This document shows positions 14,074-24,554 of a stretch of 64,000 bases of DNA, piece by piece. Source of the DNA: Eukaryota sp. GEM-RC1 (taxonomy: Eukaryota). The stretch covers positions 1,674,001 through 1,738,000 of the forward strand of contig JAUFOQ010000001.1 of the NCBI GenBank assembly GCA_040285855.1, given 5' to 3'. Every line of letters starts with the position of its first letter. Position 1 is the stretch's first letter. Under the pieces are notes generated by a model. It saw nothing but the letters and a program-made list of their open reading frames with translations, was not told the origin of the DNA and searched no databases. The position numbers and the translations under genes are program-made.

Positions 14074-14838
14074 TCAGGTTTTTTGGGGCTTCTTTTCAAT
14101 TAATTCAATAACATGAGCGATATCAAAGATTAACATTTTGAGTTTATAAGTAGCTTTTGACTTTTCAATCACTTTTTGGTTTTCTTTGTACATTTCCAAA
14201 GTAAATTGATTATTCGTACGATCATACACTTGAAGGTTGAGTTTTTTCTCCTCCACAACAAATTGCAGATGGAGCATTGTTAATAAAATGTCCAGCATAA
14301 CCTCAGGACGTACCAAAACTTTAGGTTTGATATTTTGATACAAGGGTGTGATACTTAATGAAACATCACTAAGTCTAAAAGTTTGGAAGGGACAATCATT
14401 ATAACTGTGACCAGGAAGAAGGCAGAAGAGACATGGAGGAATAAAAAGGCAAAACGATTCACGAAAAGAAGGTTGTTTTTGAGGACAATGGGGAGGCATC
14501 TCATATTTGAATCCAAGAGGCTTAATCGGTAAACTCTCAGTAGATTCTCGATTAGGGTCACACAATTGACACCAATATTTATGGAGGGATTCCAACGCTC
14601 CATCATAACTGAGCAAGTAATGATTAGCATCATGTTGACATTCAATCAACTCTGATTCATAGTGTTTGGCCATGATGTAATTTTCAATTCTCCAATTACT
14701 TGGCGTGTCACCAGGTTTACAACACTCTTGCATAATTTTGGCCAGGAACGAGCGTCGTGATTCATTGTCTGGATTGGGAATGACATCTGGAGCGAGATCA
14801 GTTAGGTTGTCGGATTCATCTATAAAAACATGATTCAT
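14074..14838 (-). CDS. Hypothetical protein fragment with a CCHC zinc knuckle, probably TE-derived
   Basis: 254-aa ORF containing CLFCLLPGHSYNDC. Confidence 0.4.
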   Translation of the reverse strand: MNHVFIDESDNLTDLAPDVIPNPDNESRRSFLAKIMQECCKPGDTPSNWRIENYIMAKHYESELIECQHDANHYLLSYDGALESLHKYWCQLCDPNRESTESLPIKPLGFKYEMPPHCPQKQPSFRESFCLFIPPCLFCLLPGHSYNDCPFQTFRLSDVSLSITPLYQNIKPKVLVRPEVMLDILLTMLHLQFVVEEKKLNLQVYDRTNNQFTLEMYKENQKVIEKSKATYKLKMLIFDIAHVIELIEKKPQKT

Positions 14839-15570
14839 ACATGAAAATGCCCATCACAGAGAAAGCATTAACAGTGTTCCATCATTTTTCAAAACAATGA
14901 ATGAATTCAAATCATTGCAAAAATCAATTTTTCGCAGTTGACCAGTTAAATCGTCACATTAACAATCATTTATAAAATGAAGTTGCTTCTTTGGCAGTTT
15001 AAATGAATTGTTGAAAGACTACATAAATTCAGGTGTGTTCAAACCTAAGGGTCTAAAGAAGTGAGCCTCTAAATTTCGTTTTTGTACTTACCACTGATAG
15101 AATCGTAAAAGATAACGATTTTTTGATTTTGTTCATACAATTTGTGAATCTGTCTGGCATCAGTTGGCAGATCAAAGATTATAAAAGATCAGCCTGAACA
15201 GTATTGCTAACTGCTAATTGAGAAGTACTAATCATTGTATCAGATAGATCATCCTTTTGAATTTTCTGATACTGTGTTCGTTCGAACGTTTACTTTGTTT
15301 GCCGGTCAGTTTAAAGGAATAATCCAGTGAGTCGTAAATTTTGAATATATACGTAAAGGATTCAAAATCGTATGAAATTTCCATTTAAATCCAATGCCCT
15401 TGAGACTTACTAGTTACTCCTTCAAAAGTTGTTGGAGTCAACCCTATTGGCGCTAATATGTTTGAGGATTTTAGAGCAGAACGAAGTTCTTCGCCACAAC
15501 GTTTACGAAATCTGAGAGGATGTGCATTATTTCTTGACTTTGTTTGGAAGGTAAGAAAATGGGGCACGAT

Positions 15571-15679
15571 TGTTGACTTTTCCTGGTTTATTACTAGTAT
15601 AAGGGTTCGGATAAAACATAGAGTTTATGAGGGGAGGTAAAAGTAAATTCTAAAGATAATTAATGCTAATAAATCAACA
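15571..15679 (-). mobile_element. 109-bp 3' LTR of a Ty3/gypsy chromovirus-like relic
   Basis: Minus strand TGTTGA...TCAACA terminal inverted repeats; preceded by polypurine tract GAAAGAAGACAGAGAAGACCAG; followed by unrelated Ulp1-like repeat sequence. Confidence 0.85.
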
Positions 15680-15751
15680 CTGGTCTTCTCTGTCTTCTTT
15701 CAGTGGTTTCCAAAGTATTAGATAAATTTAAAATAATAAAAAGGAAATAGG

Positions 15752-16470
15752 TTAATTCTTCTTTCGAGGTGAAGAACGTTTTGGGGATTTTTGATTCTTC
15801 ATGAAGTCGGAGTAAGCCTTTGTCTTTCGAATCTCTTCAAGAGGTTCCCAGCTGGGCTCGGAAGCACCGACCCACTGGACAAGTGCCCGTTGACGTTGAG
15901 TGTCAATCTTCTGGACCTCTTGGACGAGATGTTCGGCACGATCCTGAGCGACAATAGCGGCAAGATAATCAGGGTTGGTGGATTGAGGGTCGAAAGGTTT
16001 CAGGGACACTATGGATGCGAGAGTCTCTGAGGCAGTTAACAGGTTCCGGAGCTTGACGTGGTTTCGATTGGAATAGACCTTGGTGACAAGATAAGGTTTT
16101 TTCCAAGGGCTGTGCAACTTAGCTGTTCGGTCGAAGATGCGAAGGACATAGTTGTCTTCCTTGTACTGATGTACGGCATATTCACTCTGCGGTAAAATCG
16201 GTGGGTTGGAGTTTATCTCTGCCTTCTCCCACTTTTGGATGAGAGAGGCGGATACACTTTCCACGGTTCTTAGCCAGGAAATTTCAGGGATTCGTGAGTT
16301 TGTTAGCTTGTCTAAGATTTTCGTGGGAGGGCTTCGTGGATCGATGGTTGATTCGGTCCCAAAGATCATTTCAAACGGGGTGAAACCTGTTCGGCAGCAT
16401 TTCTGGCAGTTAATCAGAAGTTGTGCCATCGGCAAGTAGCCGGACCAGTTGTCATAGTCATTAAAATCTC
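15752..16470 (-). pseudogene. Ty3/gypsy integrase C-terminus with GPY-like motif and chromodomain (5'-truncated)
   Basis: TGFTPFEMIFG, KLHSPWKKPY, ALVQWVGASEPSWEP; clearly related to the integrase of the array element. Confidence 0.85.
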
Positions 16471-16828
16471 ACTTGTATTTGTTCCAGGAACTGGTTCTCT
16501 AGCTCCAATTCATCCTTAAATGGATGTACAAAGGTCTTAGTTTGAGTTTTATAAATAGTTGGGCTATTTGTCACTGTTTCTCTGCATCTGCTATCCTAAC
16601 ACTTCCGTAGAAACTATAGGTGACAATGTCGGTTCATTCTCTCAAACTTAGCCAGTGTATCAGGCATAGAAACATATATTACTTGATCCTGGGACTTTCC
16701 AAAACTCTTGGGTTTCTACTTTGTTCACTGGAAAGGTGCAAGCTTTCTGGAGCAACGACCTTCTCAGATGAAATTCAGGTGATGTGATGTTGTCTCCTTT
16801 GCGAAGAGTTTATGAACCGCTATTAATA

Positions 16829-19800
16829 TGGCTGAAAATGCGCTCGCAATTGATCTAAACGAGGAAGAAAGTCGGGGATCAAGTCTGGAAATGCCGTAGG
16901 ATAGACTCTGTCACTGTTCTAGATGTTCTGATTACATGGATGTGGATATATTGTACACAATCACTTGGACAAAAGGACTTCTGTGTTTTCTAATAAAGAG
17001 TATAAGTAATCTAAGGGTGTCTTTTAAAGTAGTACTGAGAGAAAGTCACGATGCAGAAGAGTTCTTCATTAAGGCCTTGTAAAACTGATGAGCAAACCTA
17101 CTAATCTCATATTCATGGATGGAAAAGTTGTCAAAAAGTCTGACAAATGAAATTAATGACGTCGTCACATCAAACGTCATCATGATGAAGTTTACTTCGT
17201 CAAGAGATAACTATCAAAAGGGGGGAGTCAAAAGGTCATGCTACAGAAGAGCTAAGGAAAGTAAAAGAAATAACTACGAGAGTATATCGGGAAGAGTATG
17301 TTTGTAACCCTTTTTGTGTTGATTGCGGATGGGGAAGGAGTTGCACCAAGATTGAAGACCTTATACTAGTTCCTCATACACAGCAGATGTCCTTATAAAA
17401 CGAGGAGACGTGAAACAAGATGTGTTGCTGAGTCACAACTGCATCCTGTTGAGTCAAGAAGATTCATGAGGTTTCTCCTTGAATTTTGACCTATCTCGTT
17501 AAGAAGGCTGCTAACTTGCCTATGGTCATTATTTTATCTTCATTAACTCTCTTTGATTGTGTTCAGGTTGCAATCAACAGTTCGTTCCTCTCTTTTGACA
17601 ACAAACCATTAAGACTTTAAAAGCACTCGTTATCTTTATGGATTTCGTTTATTAGATATTGATTGCCCAATGTATGTGAAACATCTGAAGTTTGCTTTTA
17701 ACGTTATGTTGGAAGTTGGCTTGATTATTTCGATTTGCAAAGAGTTTCTTTATCTTGATCATTTTTTCTTTTTTATGATGTGCTTTTTGTTTATGTTTAG
17801 GAACTTATCACATGGAAACAAATGTGTCCGGAACAAATGTATAACTCTCTCTCTCCCGAACTTCTGGTTCGTATCTTTTAAAATCTTTCTGGGTTCAGCT
17901 GTTTTCATTGGATCAGTACTTGTGTCTATTTTTGTAATTCTATTCAGTGGGGGAAGGAATTTCCCCCACTCAGAATTCTCAATAAGGTTATCAATTTTTG
18001 GAAGGAAGTTATTCCTTAGCAAATTTACTTTTCATATATTTAGTTTGAATTTGTAGAGCAAACCATGCTCAATGCAAGTTGGATTTCTTTTCGAATTCTT
18101 GTTCATAAACATTGCCAGTACAAGAATCAGTAGGAGCAACTGTATCTTGCCAATACAGTGTAACAATAGATCCTTTTCATGTAATAAAATAGCAGCAGCA
18201 GAAGAAAGAATGGCGGCAGCGAGTTCATGATCTGAATCATCTGAATCAGTTTCCTCATCAAATGCCTCCTGAGAATCATCAGATGAAGGTTCCTGTTCAA
18301 TGGCGGGAACAGGATCAACAGAAACAATGGGATCAACGTGTTCCTGATCTGAATCACCGGATTCAGCGGTTTCAGAATCTGAAGCAGGAATTCGAACCAA
18401 CTTGTCAGTTGCACACTTAAGAGCTTCTATATCGGACTGTGGGGCAACACCAGCGATAGATGGATGGCGGATCTGGGAAGATGCTTCATTGCTGAATCCG
18501 TAGGTTGGATTTGCAGCAAGAAAAGCACGGATTTCGGCGGCGGGCGGATACCATGTAATAACCCTTTCAAAATTGAATTGATATCCGCAAATTTGCAATG
18601 AACAACGTTGAACTTTTTTTCTTTCAGTTGAATAGGAGGTCCTTCAGCTGGTGATAGTTTGTTTGGGTTTGATGATTTATCCAAACTTCTACAATATGAT
18701 TGGAAATCAATTTGTTCCAAAGTTGTATCACCACCAGAACGACATAAAGTCATCACTTCTCCTGACACATCAACAATTCCAATTGTCATTGAAGTATGAG
18801 AAAAAAATAGTTGACATGGATCTTGTATGCCCGTAGATATACAAAATGAGATTTCTTTTTGTTTTGCACTTATACCTAAACACACTCCATCATTTGTGAT
18901 ACACAAGAATAATTCCAATGCTTCAATGAAAATACAGTCTTCGAAGTCGTTGATACACACACATTAGTAAGCAGTCTAGGTGTAACATTAATCTTTTTTC
19001 TGTCAAAATAAACTAAAATTCGAAGTTTATTGATATTTAAGACTCAGGTGCACATTCAGGCCAAATGACAATATTTAAAACTCATCTGTTCAAGTTCACA
19101 GTAATTGACATCCATACGTTTATGTTGAATTACAACATAAATCTGAGATTCAGCGTTAACAAAGAGTATAGTAAAAAGCTGAAATTTAAAGGTTCTGCTA
19201 TATAGGGTAGCTCCAAGAAATTATAAATCGAGACTCAAACTTGTTAGTGATCGTTGAGTAAGAAATGACATTAGGTCGTCAAAACAATCACGCAATTCTT
19301 GTGTATGTTGTGTTGACCCTGTTAAGGGTTGGGCAAGTTTCCGAATTTTTTGACACGTGTTCTCTACCTGATGAAGTCCAGGTTGGACAACAATATTAAG
19401 GATATATAGATAATTGGACCACATTTTGTTGTCATAATGGAGGTGATACAATGACATACGAAATAAATAATTCTTCCCTTGCAACAATTTCTCTAGTAGA
19501 GCGATATTTCATACCCTTGTTCACAGAACCAGATGACTCGAAAGATAGCAGCGCGTACATGGAGCAAGAATATCACAAATAGATTCAACATTTCGTTGTT
19601 TTACTAACTTAAATTTGGGTTTTATCGGTAATTGTGATGTGTCACTATCCTGTATAAATTCAGTGTAATCATATTGAGTTATAGAACAAGAAAATCACTA
19701 AAAGTTCTCCACTCATGTCAAGAATCAATGTTAGATTGATCAATAGTTTGATCGTAGTAATAGGGAGAGATTTAATTTTCAATGAGGTTTAAAGAGACAC

Positions 19801-20924
19801 TGTTGATGCCAATACCATAGTCGTTCATTATTGCTTTAAGACATGAACGGTTAATTGCAATAGCCTGAACCGTAACTTTTCAGGGCAACCCGTAAGATGG
19901 GGAATAAAGAGATGGTTCATAGTGTTGGAAACAAGACATATTCGAAGATTTTGATCCTGGAAAATAGACCTTGGAATCGGATTTAGCTTTTGTTACCTTA
20001 TACCTTTCATTGAATCTTGTTTTTGTACTAAAAGGAAGGATAACGAAATTCTATTCAGATTTATTAGTCAAAAAGCAACATTAATTGTTATCATCGAAAA
20101 AGCAAGCATATAAAAATGTCCAGCGGTCATTTTTTTTCTTTCAAAAAATAGTTCTTCAGTTATAACTTTGAATCGCTGAAAAAGGGTGTAAGATTCTCTA
20201 AAGCAAATGACCGTGGAGGGCTTAATTAAATGCACTTTTTACAAACACCAACTGTAATCACATCAAAGACCTCAGAAGTTGAATCTACCAGTAGATGAAG
20301 TTGTATACTTTTGAGTTCAATTTTAACTTGAGTGCTCACCCACTCTCTATCATAATATTTGATTTTTGGTGTGTTTCTATAGTGTAAAACAAAAGTTGAA
20401 CTACGTTCGGTGTGAAAACGATGAAACGTAGAAAGTTTTTCGCAATACCACTTCATAGTATACGGTAGTTGATTATTGTAAATGGTCTTATCAAAGTAAC
20501 TTTTGTATTTTCACCTGAAATACAATTGAAAAACACCAAGTAATAGAATTATGGTATTTGTATTCGTTGTATTTGTAATTGTATTAATACAGAGGCATGA
20601 AGTTGTATTTCCCATCTATGGTTCAAAGAGCCAAAGCCATCCTCATACATTCGTTTTCTGTTTCGTTTCTTCGGAACTTTGACATTGTGGTTCAACAACA
20701 GCTCGTTTTAGTGGATAAACTTTCATTTAGATTGGAACATGTGTCAAGAAAGTATGGAAAATCACCACAAGGTGAACTAGTACATGCTATAAGACCAAAT
20801 AATTTCAAAGAGCGCCAGTTTTCGTTCATTGTTACCATAAGTGTTGACGGTTTCGTAGCTTGTCACAGTAAGCAAGGCCATTTTTCGCGTGTTGTATTTG
20901 TAGATTATTTGATTGATTTACTTA
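16829..20924. repeat. Right arm of ~4.1-kb inverted duplication
   Basis: Reverse complement of 3504-7680; lacks 80 bp (6029-6108), with ACA microhomology at the deletion. Confidence 0.95.
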
Positions 20925-21700
20925 AAAAGGGCCTATTTGGTACTCATGGTATGGATAGATCTCTTTTGATCATGGATGGTTGTAGAATACATCGTCACAA
21001 ACAAGATTATCGTACCCCATTCAAGAATTGTTTTGATGTGGTTGGCATTTGTTCTTTCGACCAGTGTAGGAACAGATGACAACGCAAAATTCAAGCCATT
21101 TGACATCAAAATGACATTGTGACGGGGATTTGGTCGATTAACCACTGTAACTTCAAACCCATTCTTTGAAATATTGGGCGCCAACTTACCAGAAATCAAC
21201 TTATTGATTCGAGTTTCCAATTGGCCTAGGATTTCACGGCATCCTTTGTCTCTTGAAGGAATATCAAAATCAACAGGTTGTTGGAACGCAGGATGAGTTT
21301 TTGAACTTGCAGGGTGTTCATGATAGCCACTAGGGGGCTCCGTAGAGAGTGTGGAGTCTTCAATATGAGCTTAGATTTCAACATCTGATTGTCCCTCTGA
21401 ATCAGAGTGTATGTCAACGACAGATTCATTATGCATATATAAACAAGGAATATTAGAAAATGTCAGAGTGGAACTATAATAGGGAATAGAGTTTTCTTTG
21501 GAAAATGTCGTGCGACAAAAGATTCATGTTTATTTCGCAGTAATTAATTAGCATTAAATGATATGCCATAATACTTCACAAAAAATACAATAACGTCATG
21601 AAGTCATGCCCAGGTATGCAGTCAAAACAGTGGGGATAAAATATCTAATTTTGCCTCCGTATTCACCAGAATCTAACCCAATTGAAACTTTTTTTTTTCA
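20597..21700 (+). pseudogene. Tc1/mariner-IS630 DDE transposase relic interrupted by unrelated sequence
   Basis: LIMDGCRIH at ~20970-20995 and YLILPPYSPESNPIETFF at ~21640-21695. Confidence 0.75.
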
Positions 21701-22039
21701 ATTTTACGGAAAAGGCTAAGAAAAGAAAGACTTATGTATGGCAACTGCACTCAAATCATTTTTACAAGTTTAGCAAGTTTGAGATCTTTTGACTGTTCTG
21801 CCCTTTTTGATCATGCTGGTTGACAAAATGGTCAGTTTTACCAATCCCCTTATTTAACTGATCCTGAGAAAAAGTCAAGTTGAATGTGATAATAGAAATT
21901 GATAAAAAAAGGTATTTTCTAAAAAAATCAAAAATATTTTCGGCAAAATATGTCTTTAAGAATCCGATTGTTCATAAATCCTTTTGGTCCCGTACGGTAA
22001 GCCATTCCTGGAACATTATCCAATACACCCTGTATGGGA

Positions 22040-22835
22040 AAACTGTGATACCTGAGATAACTGAGAGAAAATCTACCTCCTCCCAGGAAAGAGCGACAAA
22101 CCGTGCTCTAGACTGCAAATCCAACGCCTGTTTTTACTGCCATGAACCTGGCCATGTTAAAGCTAACTGTCGCAAACTTCAGAAGAAAACATCATATGTT
22201 AAAGTTGAATCTTCAAACATGCATTCAAAAATGCATGCACCATCAGCATTTTACCAACTTCCTATCAAGGAAGAAGACATCCCAAAAACCACAATTGCCG
22301 TCAGGACTAGCCATTGAGTTTACACGTGCTTCCTTTGGCATTTCTAATGTACCAACGTACTTTCAGAACTTCAAGGCTTCACTATTTTCATCTGACTCTA
22401 CCTCCGTTTACATTGACGATTTCATCTGCACTGGAACAAAATTTGAAGATTTCCTTGAGTGCATCAGACGAACTTACAAATTGCAAGATCTAAAAGAATA
22501 CGCTTTGCTGCCCATAAATGCAAGTTTACGCACAAGGGCATTGAAATCAAAGTTTTAGGCTCTGTTTTCAAAAACAACAAGAAGTCTATTAATGATTCTC
22601 GTTTAGAAGCCCTGGTTGAGTTGAGTCCTCCTCGAACAGTATCCGAACTTCGTTCCATTATAGGAGCTTTTAACTACGTCCGCAAATTTATCCCCAATTT
22701 TGCCACGCTTGTTAAGCGGTTTCACGAATTAACAAAGAAAAATACCAGACTCAAGTGGTCAGATATCTGTCAAAAGCGCTTTGACGAATAAAAGTCTGCC
22801 GTTCTAGCTCGTGTAAAACTGAGTTTGCCGGATGG
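22040..22835 (+). pseudogene. Internally deleted Ty3/gypsy gag-RT fragment of the same clade as the array element
   Basis: CFYCHEPGHVKANC knuckle; SAFYQLPIKEEDIPKT; FTRASFGISNVP; VYIDD; LRSIIGAFNYVRKFIPNFA. Confidence 0.85.
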
Positions 22836-22965
22836 ACAAGGAAACCAACAACGGCTAACAATTTTTGAAAGGAAGTTCTTCCTTAACAAATTTGCTTTTT
22901 ATATATTTAATTTGTTCAAACCATCTAGAGAATTCTACAAGTCTTTGTTTGGAGCATTAAGTGGT

Positions 22966-23625
22966 CTAGTATGGTTCTTCATTATTAGACAGAGATTTTC
23001 CAAGAAGACGAATTTCTTTCTCAATTTCCATTAAAAGTTGCCATGCATTTTCAATATCACCCTTGTGTTTACTTTCAGGTTCCACATTGGTATATATACC
23101 ACCAAAATGTAAAACAGTACTATCCTGAGGAATATCTTCATTAGCAAAAACCCCTAAACCAGCACTATGAAAAGTAGAAGGTTTTAGTTGAAGAAGATAA
23201 AGAGCGTTTTCAAAATGAGCTGAAGAAACTCTTTGAATATGAGCAAAAGATGGTCTAGGAGAATCGAGAAGAAAAAGGTCTGAAGGAAGAATAGTTTTAA
23301 GAGATCTTGTTTTCCTTAAATCAATATTAGAATCAGGAATGATCCAAGGTTTATGAAGAACAACTGATGGTTCTTCATCATTATTCGAACAAAATATAAG
23401 ATTTTGTTTGTCTTCAATCAAGCAGAAGATTTTGAACGGTTCACTACATGTTTGAATTCTGTTAATGAACTTCCGTCTTTTTCTACTGCGTTGATCAACC
23501 GTATAAGAAACTTCTTGTAAAAGTGGAAGTTGTGATTCAGAATCACTAATTTCTTCATCAGAAGAAGTGTAATCTTTAAGACAAGATTTTTTGGATTGAC
23601 GAGTACGAGAAGGTCTTGAAGACAT
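22966..23625 (-). pseudogene. Protein fragment with the N-terminal part of a SET domain
   Basis: LKPSTFHSAGLGVFANEDIPQDSTVLHFGG resembles SET motif I (GxGxFA..DI); truncated by a repeat. Confidence 0.55.
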
Positions 23626-23767
23626 GAAGAAGGTGGTTTTGTACCTATCCTTGTAACTGGATCAATGTTCGTCATCTTTCAATGAAACTTCTCAATGTAT
23701 TTGGTTCTGATCTTGATGAATGTGTGTTAGTCAAAGAATCTCATGTTCAACATCCCCGTCCTCACAT

Positions 23768-23945
23768 TCATTTACCTAAATCTGAATAATATTCGTATAG
23801 ATATTGTTCTTGCTTAATGTTCAATCCGAATAATTCTAGAAATTTAGCCAATTTGCTATTAATAAGTTTGAATGAATCTCTCAACTGGATTCTAACATTT
23901 TTAAATGAATCAAATTCCTTTCTAGCCACATAAAATGGTGTATGT
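23768..23945 (-). pseudogene. Protein-primed DNA polymerase B-like fragment (Polinton/Maverick-type)
   Basis: IQLRDSFKLINSKLAKFLELFGLNIKQEQYLYEYY resembles the pPolB exonuclease-region pattern xDSxxLxxxxLxxxxxxFxL...K..FPY. Confidence 0.5.
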
Positions 23946-24554
23946 TTAAAAATAAACACTTAACAAATTTCTTCTCACATACATTTTACAAAATGGACAG
24001 CAACCAAAGACAACAAACTATAATTGCCCTAGGAAGCAGCTTAGCAAACAAAGAAGACTTGGTCTATCTTTATACAGCTGGACAGAAAAGAAGAACTTCA
24101 GCTACATCTTCGACTGGTTTTTCAGCTGGTTGTTCTTGATGCTAACTCTATTGACTCCACGGCTAAACCACTCACCAAAAGAATATCAAATAAGCGAATT
24201 AAGTTTTACTTTTATATATTTCATTCAATACATTTCAGATGCATAAGTTATTCACTCCCATCGACTCAGAAAACCGAGGAACATCGTCAATAAGATAATC
24301 TATCTATAAAGATATCCATAAACCAAATCATCTTTTGAATCACAATAACGAACATCATGAACATCTAATTCTACACCAGAAATGCCCATCACAGAGAAAG
24401 AATTAACAGTTTTCCATCATTTTTCAAAACAATGAATGAATTCAAATCATTGCAAAAATCAATTGTTCACAGTTGACCAGTTAAATCATCATATAAACAA
24501 TCAATTATAAAATGAACTTGCTTCTCTGGTAGTTTAAGAGGGTCTGTGCGGAAA

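Noticed and set aside
3504..20924. Inverted arms as TIRs of a 17-kb Polinton/Maverick
   Set aside because: The arms are a mosaic of fragments and one end cuts a Tc1 ORF. I saw no TSD or AG...CT termini and no core Polinton genes in the spacer.
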